Shown here one piece after another: positions 41,633-57,405 of a DNA stretch of 64,000 bases. The translations under genes were made by a program, and so were the position numbers. Location of the stretch: the NCBI RefSeq assembly GCF_009914755.1, contig NC_060947.1. One strand, 5' to 3'. The number at the start of each line of letters is the position of its first letter. The first letter of the stretch is position 1. This DNA is from the human T2T-CHM13v2.0 reference genome, Homo sapiens. The notes under the pieces are model-generated. The model worked only from the letters and a program-made list of their open reading frames with translations, was not told the origin of the DNA and did no database searches.

Positions 41633-42003
41633 TGATATGGTTTGGCTGTGTCCCCACCCAAATTTCATCTTGTAGTTCCCATAATCCCCCTGTGTGGTGG
41701 GAGAGACCCAGTGGGAGATAACTGAATCATGGGGGTGGTTTCCCCATGCTATTCTTGTGATAGCAAGTAAGTTCTCATGAGATCTGATGGTTTTATAAGG
41801 GACTTCCCCCTTTGCTTGGCTCTCATTCTTCTCCTTGCTGCCGCCATGTGATGAGGATGTGTTTGCTTCCCCTTCTGCCATGATTGTAAGTTTCCTGAGG
41901 CCTCCCCAGCCAGGCTGAACTGTGAGTCAATTAAACCTCTTTCCTTTATGAATTATGCATTATTGGGTATTTCTTTATAGCAGTGTGAGAATGAACTAAT
42001 ACA
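41633..42003 (+). mobile_element. THE1 (THE1C/D-like) solo LTR
   Basis: tgatatggtttggctgtgtccccacccaaat...actaataca termini; TSD cttac / cttaa. Confidence 0.95.
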
Positions 42004-42267
42004 CTTAATTTTTTAAATGTCTGAATATTTATCATTTCAAATTTATTTAATGTCTTTTGTTTCCTCTCTTAATATAATTTTATCAACAAATTTTTCCATT
42101 AAATCAGTGAATCTTCTGAAGTTATTTATTATAAATATGAATTAATTCCTTTCAAATTTATTAATGAATTTTAATATAATTTAATATATGATGTAAAATG
42201 ATGTTATATTTTAGATTTGCTTGTAACGGTCACCAATATGTAAACAGATTCTCTCTCCAACAATTAG

Positions 42268-43731
<1,464 letters not shown>

Positions 43732-44394
43732 AGAAATCTATACCTAATTTAGGAGACAAAACAAACTAATGTCAGAAGTTTGTTTGCACACTTCTGTAAT
43801 TAACTACAAACATATATTCAAGAGTATTCTCTTATCATTTCATTCTATGTTATAAAAAACCTTCAGTCTCATAAGTCACATTATAGAGCATTACGTTTTC
43901 CTCCCATGGTGAAAAGGATTAGTTCTTAGCAATAACTTAAGAACACATCTTTTGTCAGTGTCTCTGAGGGATAAATATTTCCTGGTTGAGTGTTTATGCA
44001 CAGAGGAAAAATTACTGAAGTCTGTGCCCAAATATAGCTTCTGTAAACTTGAAAAATATAAAAGAGAATTTAGTGAGGAAAGGAGACAGAGAGTAGCTCC
44101 TTTTGGACTATAATACAAACACATTTTCTAAGAACTAGGCCTTGGGGATCATAATCAACTAGCCTGAGCCACACACAATGGATAGGTATTTCTGACTGGC
44201 ACTTTTTAGCTGTAAGGCATGACATGAAATTGCAATGAGAGAGCTACAAAAAGGCCATAGAGACAAGTATCCAGCTTAACCTTTCTCCCTATGCAGTTGT
44301 CTTCTTTACCACAGTGATGCTGGCTGGTCAATTTAGCTCCTGCTTGAATACTTACTATGAAAAGAAACTCTTGCTTTATGTTACATGTGCATCA

Positions 44395-44905
44395 TTCATT
44401 TAGACAAATTTTTAATGCATTTACTTATTGAAGTCTAAAGGTACACAAATGAAGAAGATGTGGTTCCTGATCTTGCAGTTTCCAGTTTATAACAAGGAAC
44501 AGAAATATACATGATTTAATATAACGTATGGTCATAGTAGAGCTGAAAATCTGAAGCTTTGGCTAAAATGAGGAAGGAGTACCTAAATGGGCCTGGTATT
44601 TGCTAAATGTATAGAGGGAACAACATTTAATTGAGGAAATAAGTAGGAGATTTCCACTGATAGAATGGTAGAAGTAGGGCTGTGATGGGTGTGGGGGACA
44701 TGGAGGGGAAAGGCAAATGGCACAGAGGCTTGAAAACTCCTGGCATGTTTGGGTGAGAGGTGAGAGATTCTATGTGGCTACATCACAGCAATATAAATGT
44801 CATGTTGGAAAGTGAGTCTGGAGAAGAAAATTGGGGCAAACAATCCAAAGTCTCAATTAGTACAAAGCCATGGGGACCCAGACTCTGTCTCTGTAATACT
44901 GAGGA
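44395..44905 (-). mobile_element. L2 remnant
   Basis: aaatgaagaagatgtggttcctgatcttgcag...ggcacagaggcttgaaaactcctggcatgtttggg. Confidence 0.6.
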
Positions 44906-44909
44906 CAGA

Positions 44910-45135
44910 TGCAGCATAGAGTAGATATTACAACAAGATACTATGGCGCTACCCTGCCTAAGTTTCAATGTGCTCTCAAATAGTTGGTGACTTTGGACAA
45001 GTTGTTTATCCCCACCCTGACTAATACATGCTCTATGCCTCAGTTTACTTATCTGCAAAATGAGGATATTAATATTTAGCTCATTGGATTGTTTTGAGGA
45101 GTATTGGACAAAATTCTTTTAAAGTATGTAAAATT
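44910..45135 (+). mobile_element. MIR remnant
   Basis: gtgactttggacaagttg...gcctcagtttacttatctgcaaaatgagga. Confidence 0.8.
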
Positions 45136-45189
45136 ATATCCTTTTAATAACAACATTGATTAAATAGATTCCAAGTATGTATTGGAGCA

Positions 45190-45350
45190 GAGAGAGTCCA
45201 GATGATGATCCCTGAAATCCAGCAGTGGCCAAAAATAAAAGAGGAGAGAAGAATGCATGATCATTGCAACTCGAGACAGATTTAGCTATTAGAAAGTTCT
45301 TTCTTATATTACACCTAAATTTGCTCTCCTTCATGCAAAGAATTCAATTT
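45190..45350 (-). mobile_element. L3/CR1 3' remnant
   Basis: The minus-strand peptide KFRCNIRKNFLIAKSVSSCN resembles the CR1 ORF2 C-terminal RFRLDIRKNF..W/N motif. Confidence 0.6.
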
Positions 45351-45504
45351 CTACTGGCTGGCCCTATTTCTACCTTCCACCTAATAGACTTACATATAAT
45401 AAAAATTCAGATGTTATATTTTTCCCAGATTATATCTTTTTTAATTTTGTAAAAATAAATAAATAAATAAAAGAGTTTGACATTTCACTCACGAGTCATC
45501 CTTA

Positions 45505-45832
<328 letters not shown>

Positions 45833-48800
45833 TCAGAAAGGCCCATTGTAAGTACTAATGGTTCCAGTGAGATACAGCAGGCAGCACAGTAAGCAGCGCC
45901 TCTATTGTTAGGGTAGAAAGCAGTCACAGGCAGAAATTCAATAAAAATATGAAGAAAAATATTTTAGAGTCCCCAAATCCTACCTCCTTCAAAAGTTACT
46001 CATCCAAAATCCTTTTTAAACTGTAACATTCTGTACAGACACCAGTTTTTCAAATATAATTGCTAAGATGTGAGGCATAAACATAAATCTAAATTTCATT
46101 GAGTACCACGTAATGTTCAGCTATTATCATACTTGGAAACACATGGATAAAATGAATGTTGAAATAGTCATGACTCTGGTATGTCTACCAATGCGCAGTT
46201 GATTTATACTGTCATTTATTGTGAATGTGCCATAAATGACAAGCTACTTATGACATTGAATTGAACCATTCTTTTTGGAAGTCTCTATGCCAGACATTGT
46301 TCTAAAGGCTAAGAGTTTAAAAGATTCAAAAACACAATAGTTCCCTAGTTTGCCTTCCTTCCTACATGTCCTTGCCTGCTCTCCTAACTCCTACCCCAGT
46401 CTTTGCCCAACTTTGGCATTTTCCCAAGAAAGATTGCATTCCAAGAATCACAGTGGTATTTGGAAATATTTTGAGATTTCGAAATAAATAATTCTTCCTT
46501 TTAAAACAAATAATTTTTCTGAGAATCAATTAATCGTCTAACTTTAAATAAAGTAAAAATGGATAGGAATTAAACTCCAATATATTGAGGCAAACAGTCT
46601 TTATTTTGAAAATCCTTTTTAAAGGTTTCCACAAATAACTCTTTAAAGGAAAGGGCTAATATTTCCTTCAGGAAAATTTACAACAATCTGTTAACCAAAC
46701 TAGATCTTCAAGCCCCTTACCAATTCCTCTCCCCAATTGAGTGTTTTCCAAAGGTCCAATTTGGAATTCCTTTTCTTTTTCTTTTTTTCCTTTCTGTAAA
46801 GGGTGAGCATACTTAGGAAATTAGTTAAAATTACTCCATTGAATGCTCTGTTGTTCCTTAGTATTGAGGGAAGGTTCAACATATGTTAATTTTGGGAATT
46901 TTTTTAGATACTGCAAGACTATCACATGTAGCTTAGTCTCACAGCAAGGATATCCACACAACGTGCTATTAGCAAGTAGGATGCCAGCCGCCACAGACCA
47001 GTATTAGCCTAATAGGATGAAAGATATTTTGATATAAACAAACATGCGAGACCACACAGTCAGTAAACATTTTATAGACAAAAGGAGAACTCTAATGACA
47101 TTCATTTGGCCTTTGGAGAGGATGCATTCGGGGCATTTTTCATGTTATAAAGGATAATTGAATCCAAACAGTGTTCATATGGGAACACTAAAGCTCTAAC
47201 AGTACATAACAGAGCCAAGTCAGACTTTTTAATATTTATATGTTCTTTTAGGGAAATTGTTCTGGTTCCTGCAGATGATTAATAATACCTGCTGCATTTG
47301 CATAATTCATGGTGTTAAATAATTAACAGGATTATAATTATATTCATAATTCTTTATCAATTGAAGTTAATAACTTTGGTCTGCTCTAGCGCGCTATGTT
47401 ATTGAACTAAGATCTGTACTTCAAAATAATGATTCTAGTTAATATTAGCAACACATATTACATATCTAGCCCTTTCTTTATATTCCCCAGTCAGCTTTGA
47501 CAAATTGAGTATATGGTTTAAGTCCCTTAATATTCAGTGAGAAGAAATGCATTTTAAAATCTGGAAATCTGTCTGTATTTAAACATAAATATAAATAAAT
47601 AAATGAACAAATAAATAAATAAAGAGCTTTATATCTATACTGAGGTGTATACCATATCTATCTTTATATATATAGATATGTGATATTTATTTTTACTGCA
47701 AAGAGATAGTAAACTTTTTATTTTAGAATAGGTTACAAGTAGGAAACAAATATACTTAAAAAATAATAAAGGTGTACAAGATGCAACCATTTGCATAAAA
47801 TCTACCAGTAGGTGGGTCACTCATTGGCCTTTTGTGAAGAGATATATTTACTTCAGGACCTGACCAATTAGCCTAGATGAATATTATATTTTTATTACAA
47901 GTATGTGGTGTGATTATATTATTATTACAAAATTATAACAAAAAAAGTAATGTAGAAGTACTATATATAGGAGGCCTTCAGCTTGTATCCCTTACTCATA
48001 CTTCCATCAAAAATGAAGCATAGAAGTATTTGGAGTATTGATTTATTTTAGTCATTCATTAGCTATCATGGTCTTATCCATGTCTGAAAATCAAATGCAA
48101 GATGTACTTTAGTGAAGAATGCAATAAAAATTAATATCTGTGCTTGTGGGGTAACAAAGTTAAAACCAAGGCACCTTTTTCTACTGAAAAGGTGTATGAA
48201 TTAAAATAACAACAACAAAAAACTACTATATAATTCAGTCTCCATTCAAATAACTTATAAAATAGCTTGGATGTTTTCTTGAAACATCAATATTATTAAG
48301 AAGATATTCCAATACAGAAATAATTTATTCTGTATAAACCGTACTTAAAAATGCATGGAGCCTATTGTAGCTGCCTAATGGTTTTGTAATATTTTTGTTG
48401 AAGTGGCTTAAGTACAAAGGTTTAATTGCTTATTATAAAAGACTAAATATTTTATATCAATGAATTAAATTTAAAAAATATCTGCCATTACCACAATAGT
48501 CCAGTGGGTTGCAGATAATCTGAGTCAATTTAACTCTCTTATCAAGAGATTCTGCCCAGAAAATTAGCAACCATTATTATGTTCTGAAAGAACACAAAAG
48601 GTCTATAATAACATTGAACCAATTATTAAATGTATATTTTTCTTCTAAGAGAAGTTCGCTTCTTTAAAATTTGGATTACAATATAGAGAATATCACCTAA
48701 ATTATTCATTTTAATTAAGTCATTTCCTGATTTTGTCTTAGCAGATACAGTCAATTAAGAAATTATCCATATTAGCCTTGCATCATAAGTAAGCCCTAAT

Positions 48801-49200
48801 TCTGCAAAAATTGAGTATTGTTTCATTTCCTGATTCTAAATTTGCAAGCCACAGAAAGTCAGATCAAAAATAAAGATTACGAGTCTAGGCTTATGATGTT
48901 AATTTAGTGGATATTTTAATTTAAAGATCTCAAGATGTCCCTAAAACATTCTAAAATTTTTATAGCTGTAATGTTGACAATATCTGGCATGGGATTTGAA
49001 GAGATTAATGGCAAGAAGAGGGATTTTTATGTTGTTTCATGCACCAGAGAAAATGAAGCTAAAGGGATTTTGAAAACAAGAATGAATCGAGAGTTTTGCT
49101 GTTCTAAGTTATGTAAAGATATCATGGACTTTATATCCCAGTTCAATGTAGAACTTCATAATTTTATAAATATACATATATACATAAATATCTAACACAT

Positions 49201-49470
49201 ATACATATACTTAATATAATTCATGCATATATATGCATATATACATACATACTTCATACTGTATATACCTACTTTAATATATAGATACACATATGTATGC
49301 ATACACACATACACACACTTATCTATAATATATATATACATATGCTTAATATAATTCATGCATATATATGCATATATACATACCTTCATATTGCATATAC
49401 ATACTTTAATATATAGATACACACATATGTATGCATACACACAGACAGACACTTATCTATAATATATATA
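49201..49470 (+). repeat. ~135-bp x2 tandem duplication of TA/CA-rich sequence
   Basis: Copies start atacatatacttaatataattcatgc (49201) and atacatatgcttaatataattcatgc (49336); both end acacttatctataatatatat. Confidence 0.92.
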
Positions 49471-50284
49471 CACCTGTCTGTTCTTACCACAGATATATTC
49501 CTAGGAGGGTGGTAGTTAAGGTACTAAAGTAGGGTCATGTAAAATGAGATTTTAGTAAATTCAGAAAGACTTTGGAAATAATCTACCTTATTTACATAAA
49601 AAATAATATGGTGAAATAGCAAACAAAATGATCGTATGTCTGTTAAACCAAATATTGTATTGACATTACTTACGAATACTAAAGTCTGAATTTTTTTCTT
49701 GTTTTTTGCTGCTGTGTTCATAATGTTATGATACACGATGATCTAGTACAAGGAATTTCTTGAAAGCATATTTCAAGAAAATAGAGGTAAAGGGCTCTAT
49801 TTTATCAATGCCATTAGTTACTGGCCACCTGCTCTTATGCGTAGGGTTCTGTTTAGGATATAGACATATAAATAATAAAAATATAAATACATAAAAAAGC
49901 CATTTGCCAAGTGCCAAATGGTGCAGGGAGTTGGAAGTCGGAGATTTTATCATTACCATGGCTAGCATAATAAAAACAGAAAGAAAATAATAAGGAGATA
50001 CAAAACAGATGGGCAAGAAAAAGAATTTTCAAGAAATGTGAAGGGAAATAGTAAAGAGAAAGACTATTTAAGATGAAAAATGTTAATATGAGAAAATCAA
50101 ATGATGAAAAATAGCAAGTTTTTTTTTTTAGCAAGAGAATTTATTCTTCATAGAACCTGTATGACATTTATTTAAGAAACACAGAATGGTGTCATTTCAA
50201 TTTCATGACATTCCTTGTACTGGTGGTACAATTTTTTATACACAGGAATAAAAAAGGAATAAAAAAGTAAAAGGATAAATAACA

Positions 50285-50523
50285 TAGTTGAGTCCTGAGA
50301 AAACACGGGTTTGAACTGCATGGGTCCACTTACATGCCATTTTTTTCAACCAGACTCAGATCAAAAATACAGTATTCGCAGAATGTGAAACCTACGTATA
50401 TAGAGGGCCAATTTTGCCTGTGTGCGGGTTCTGCAGAGTTGGCTGTGAAATGTGAGTATGTTCAGATTTTGGTATACATGAGAGTACTGGAACCAATACC
50501 ACGTGCATGCTGAGGGACAACTG
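50285..50523 (-). mobile_element. MER8 (TcMar-Tigger MITE), full length
   Basis: acacgggtttgaactgcatgggtccactta...ctggaaccaat...gagggacaactg followed by TA. Confidence 0.92.
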
Positions 50524-50690
50524 TATATAGTTGGGAGCTGTACAAATATATAAATTTACTCATGTCTTAGAACCCAAATACAGCTAAATAATACACCTGC
50601 ATAACTTGAATGTCGTTCTGGGTTTTTAGTACTGTTGGAAAGTGTAGACCCTACACTATGCAAGTGGGTTGGATGAAGGATGACAATGTG

Positions 50691-51337
50691 CAGTCAAGTC
50701 TTGTTATTCACTGTGTTTCTATAAAGTCACTGTGAACACTGAATTAGTGAATACTGAAGCATTCCTCCCAGGAGAAATACAATGATAGATTTCTGGGAGC
50801 CTCTGCTCATAACATTTTTGTGAACCAGCAATGTATAATCCCATTTTGCCTGTTTTTCTGTTTAAAAACATCTTATTGAATATATATTATTGATCCATTA
50901 ACATTCAATACACAGCCAACAGCACTGTAACTCAAGCCTGAAGGAAACTTACCTAAGGAACCTATTTTCTTTCTAAGGTACTTCACAGCCTTCTTAAGCT
51001 TAGGAACACTAGACAGAAATTCACCATCATGCTTGGGGCCATTTAAAGCAGCAAAATCACCAAGAAAAAGCATAAAAATATGAAAAACATAGCATTAAAT
51101 ACACCGCTGAAAGGACACTTGTTTACCGTATGAGACCTGAAGCAAGAATGCAGAGTGTTCCTTTTTTGATCTCAGCTGGGAACATGTGTGGTGGGTGACT
51201 TAAATTTTTCACCACTCTATGCATACACACAAATGGCTGTGAAAATGCTATGAGCATTGATTTTAGGGATACAAATTAAATTTAGCAAGTTTTGAGAACT
51301 CCCAAACACAGAATGTGTGAATAATGAGAACCATCTG
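50691..51337 (-). mobile_element. MER82 (TcMar-Tigger), full length
   Basis: TIR-like ends cagtcaagtcttgttattc / gaataatgagaaccatctg + TA; transposase N-terminal remnant SSVPKLKKAV. Confidence 0.9.
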
Positions 51338-52094
51338 TACAAAGTTTCAATCAATATACTGCTTGATTAGGCCCTTTTTATAAAGCACTATACTGTTTTT
51401 AGTTGCAAATGGTTAAATCCTTTCATCCCATTTGGTTATGGTGTTTGTACAGAAAACTAAATTACAGACATGTGTATTGTTGACTTTCTCTAATTGCCCT
51501 TTTGAATGATCTGAGCAGAGATCAACTGCTGGACCAAATTGTACGTCGAGATTATAATATCCAGGTTTTGTCAGGCACTATGGTTAAGAAGTATTGTCAG
51601 TTAAGATGTACTGCAATTTTAAGCAAAAGATTTTTTTACATGCTCAATCTACTAAGTAACCAGGAGAAGACAAATGTACAAGATATTTCCAAGAGCATTC
51701 TTGTTACCAACTGAAGAACTGTATTAATAATTCAGTCCTATACAGTGCTACTTAGAACTTCAGTGTCTTCTTGTTAAGCGAAGTGGATGTAAAAAAAAAA
51801 AAATGCAAAGGAATGTCATAAATGCAGTGAATACAAAGCTGAATTTCTAAAAAGTGGAGCTTGCAAAGGGACTGTAGGTGCAATTTAGTTTGAAATAGGT
51901 ATGAAATCAAAATTTTAATAACAAGTGTCACTTTGTATACCAAAACCTGTTCATCAATATAATCAAACACCTAGATATCCATCTGCCTTGATGATGTTTA
52001 CCATGAATTTCATAATCCCAAGTCAAACCCAGTGTATTCTACTCACATATTTGTGAGCTGTCATTAAAGGAAGCTAGAACAGAATGTAGTATGT

Positions 52095-52244
52095 CATATA
52101 TATATGTGTGTGTGTGTGTGTAATGTGAGAATGTGCATTTATGCAACTGAGTGTGTGTTTGTGTGCCTTGAGGTTAAGATGTACAAGAAGTAAGCATTTG
52201 GAAAGTTTGCTTTGACATTACACACGCACACACACACACACACA
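52095..52244. repeat. (TA)n(TG)n and (CA)n microsatellites
   Basis: TG run at ~52105-52121 and CA run at ~52220-52244. Confidence 0.85.
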
Positions 52245-52375
52245 ACCCCCATTTATGTATATATCTACACAAACATAGACATAATAATTATATTAAACTC
52301 TACTAGTTTCCTATTGCTCATATAATAAATTACCATGAACTTAGTGATTTAAATGTACATATATTTTTTATCTTT

Positions 52376-52764
<389 letters not shown>

Positions 52765-52916
52765 TAGGGGAGAATCCATTTCCTAGCTTCTAGAGGCTGC
52801 CTACATTCCTTGATTCATGGCCCCTTTCCTCCATTTTCAAAGCAAGCAGTATAGCATCTTCCAGTCTACATCACATTACTCTGACACACTGCTTTTCATT
52901 CCAACATCTCCTTTGA

Positions 52917-53231
<315 letters not shown>

Positions 53232-53370
53232 ACCTTGAAGGATCTTTGTGTGTTTGTGCTTATTTTTAATTGGTTCCATCCACATAATCCAGGATAATCT
53301 TACCATCTCAAAGTCCCTAATTTAATCAAATCTGCAAAGTAAACTTTGCCTTTTTATGGTAAAATATTAA

Positions 53371-53871
53371 CTTAACGGGACTGGGTTGTTCAAACTCTGT
53401 ACATTCCAAAGAAATATCTGGCTCTTGACTGGCTTCTGGGCAATACCAGATAGTTTATTTTAATAATGTATGGTGCAGCTTTTAGGTTACACTGTATCAG
53501 TTTGAACTCTGGAGAGGCTGGAGATGACTAAAGTCAGCCATGTGAGTGTTCCATGCCTACTACAAACTCCAATACAATTCTAGACACCAAGACTTAGGCA
53601 ACTTTTCGTTGGCAATACGATGTGTGTGTTGTCACACATCACTGTTGGGATAATTAAATGCTGTCCAGATGACTTCATGAGGAGAGGAAAACTGGAAGGT
53701 GGCACCTGGTCTTTCCTGAACCCGGTTGTATGCAACTTTTTTCTTTGTTCACTTCAGTCTTTATCTTTTTGTTGTAATAAACTGTAATCATGAGTGTAAC
53801 TGCTTTTAAGAATTATATGAGTCCTCCTAAGGAATAATTGAACCTGAGAGTAGACTTGAGGACTCCTAAAT
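53371..53871 (+). mobile_element. MER68/MER77/MER21-group ERVL solo LTR
   Basis: ggttgttcaaactctgtacattccaaagaaa...gtgttgtcacacatc...gtaataaactgtaatcatgagtgtaac...gaacctgagagtagacttgaggactcc. Confidence 0.8.
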
Positions 53872-54554
53872 TTCGCCATATAAGGCAACATATTCATAGC
53901 TTCCTAAGATTAGAACATGTATGTCTTTGGGGGATCATTACTATGCCTACAACAGTACATAAAATACATGACTCTTGTGTAGAAACTTCTTCAATTTATT
54001 TGACCAGAGGACTAGTTTTTTTTTTAATATTGTCAAAAAAGCTTGGAAACATATGTTCCTTTATTGAGTCAAGATTCAGTTTTCTTAAGAGATTTTTATC
54101 AAATGTTTTGCAATATACCTCTTGAAAACTACCCTTTCCTATATGTAGAATAAAAATTAAAAGCACAATTAAAAGCAAAAACCTGTCATATTACTTTCCA
54201 TGTTTGTTATCTAGTAAATGACTCTGTAATCAACTATTTCCTAGCAATAAACACTGAAAAACATACTCAACTTTCATCTAAGAGTACAAGAAGTAATCAA
54301 GGGAATGGGAAAACTCAATTAGCTACCAGAGACTGTAAAACATCTGTTCTGAAAACCAAACTCCAACAATTCAATATCAATATCTTTAAAGGGATAAAGA
54401 TTATTAATGTAAAATTGAACTAGGAAAGATGAAAAACCCCTGCACTAATTCTCAATTATATTGGGTTTAAAGGAAAGGCAGGAATAAATCATATATACCC
54501 ATAGATGGAAATAATCCAGGTATACATACACACACACATACATATATGAAAAAT

Positions 54555-55100
54555 CTATAAGCGTTAGGTTTTATATTAGTATCCATGATCTATTTTGAGT
54601 TAATGTTTGAATAAAGTATGAGGTGTTCAGGTCAAGTTTATTTCTCTGCCTATGTGTATCCAAATACCCTAGCATCATTTGTTGAAAATGATAGTTTCCT
54701 TCATTGAATTGCTTTTACACCTTTGCAAAGAATCAGTTTGGCATAATAATTTCCTTCTATTTCTGGGTTCTGTATTTTATTACATTGCTCCATGTTTCTG
54801 TCTCACCACCAATATCACATTGTCTTCATTACTGTAGCTATATACTAAGGTCTTCATGTTGAGTAGAGCAATTCCTCCCACATTAATCGTTTTCAGTCAT
54901 GAAATCTATAGATCGATTTGGGAAGAATTGACATCTTTACTATGCTGAGTCTTCCAATCCATGAATGCAATATATCCCTGAAATTATTTAGGTCTTGATT
55001 TCTTTTATCAGCATTTTGTAATTTTCAGGATATATATCTCATATATATATTGTTAATATCTTACTATTTCATTTTTGGGGAATAATAGTAAATGCTATTT
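54555..55100 (-). mobile_element. L1MC/MD ORF2 3' fragment
   Basis: agcatcatttgttgaaaa...gaattgacatctttactatgctgagtcttccaatccatgaa. Confidence 0.8.
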
Positions 55101-56563
55101 TTTTCTTTTTTCTTTTTGTGTTTTTAATTCTAAATTTTTAAAAAGAAATTTTAAGAATATCTAAAATTTCAAACGCCAAGTTCCTTCTAGCAATAATGGG
55201 AAAAATTAACGTTTATTTTGAAGGTTTTTTTTCTTATCTGACAAGTGATGTTGAATCTCACTTACACAATTAAAAAGAAACAATACACAATAACTATTAC
55301 AACAAAATGAACAGACTTTGGTACTGGTTTGAAGAGATTAAGAGCTTAAATGGTCTTAAAGAGATTATATTGCTCATTTGCCAGAATCCATGCTTTCAAA
55401 GAAGGCTGACCACAGGCAGCCTTTGGAAATTAATTATTAAGTGTATATTATTATATATAAAACCTTTTCATGCTGCAAACACTACAATATATTTCTGCAA
55501 TATCAACTAAGAATTTTATTCTTTTTCTATGCTTACATTTTAGAAAATAACAGTGTTTTAAGTCAACAACATACATGGATGGTAATATTTATGCTAAATA
55601 TGGCATAACAACCAAATAACTCCTTTTATTTAGATTCCCATATACTATAAAAACTTACAATGCATCTACAATTTAATAAAGTATGTGTTATCAAACAATA
55701 CTATAAAATGAATAATTGTAGTAGAAACCAAGGTTTTACCCCCCTCTTTTTGAGAATTATGCTTTACATCAGTCCTCCTTCCATTAGTCTGTTAGTTAAA
55801 AAGCATATTGTCACTGCAAAATTAATTGTAATGTTTCCTATGCAGACATAGTGCTTAATAGAGCCCACTGTCTCAATAGAAAAGGAATCTGTCTAGTTTC
55901 AGCCAAATTTATTTAGAGTCAGATAAATTTGATTAAACATAAAACAAGTATCCATATTGAACACCTCAGTTACCTAATCCTTTACAGTCTAGTCCATTAT
56001 TAACAGTATTAAGATCATAAGGGATTAATAAAGTTTCTACAGAAGGGAACATTTTCCCTTGTCTGATTTCAGTAAAGGAGCATATAGCTTTGATAAAATG
56101 AAATCATCATCATCATTTTCTAAAATATTCTTTATGTTTTATGTTTCTTGGGCTTACTGTGCTGATTAAGTGGAGTGATAACATATTGCACTGGTACCTT
56201 ATCACTCCACTTAATCAATACAGTAATAGAGCTATTAGTTTGAATCCTAAAAACTTATCATTTTTTGGTCAAAATGGACCAATATCAGCAAATTCATATG
56301 ATTCAATCTATGTATCTATCTTAGGTATATATGGAGTGGCGTATGAATAAACAGATATATATATGATTTGATGAGTTAAGAATAATTGGGTCCAGAGAAA
56401 TAAAGTTCTCTAGGCACCACTGTTCTACTGAAACAATTAATTTGTTTTGATCTTTATATACATGTTCGATTAGATGATTTAAAATTTTAAAGTATTAAAA
56501 GTTTAAAAACTAGTTTTAAAAGTTTTTTTAAAATGATGTTTACAAATTTAATTACTCAGTGTA

Positions 56564-56890
<327 letters not shown>

Positions 56891-57008
56891 TGAGAATTAG
56901 ATAATTGGCCTTACCACATTCCAAAATCCAGTGATTCTCTTCTTAACATGCTCATGTTATATCCCACACAACAGTACTAATACATTATTCTAATTTTGCT
57001 TGCAATGT

Positions 57009-57405
57009 TGCTATAGTATGAATATTTGTGTTCCTCCAAAATTTAAATGTTGAAAGCTAATCCCCAAGAGGTTGGTATTAGGGGGTGAGGTCTTTAGGTT
57101 GTGATTAGGTTATGAGTACAGAGCCTTCTTGTTTGGGATTAGTACCCTTATAAAAGAGACCCTAGAGAGCCAGCTCGCCTCTTCATCATATAAGGACACA
57201 GCAACAAGGTACCATCTAGTAGCTAGGAAACGGTCTGTCATCAGGCACAGAGTGTGCCTTCATCTTGATCTTGGACTTCCCAGTCTCCAGAACTTTGAGC
57301 AATGAATCTCTGTTGTTTCTACGCCACCCAGTTTATTATTTTTTTAGTTTACGCCACCCAGTTTATTATTTATTATTTTTTATAGAAGCCCAAATGGATG
57401 AAGAA
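57009..57405 (+). mobile_element. MLT1A0-like solo LTR
   Basis: tgctatagtatgaatatttgtgttcctccaaaat...cccttataaaagagaccc...cttgatcttggacttcccag. Confidence 0.9.
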
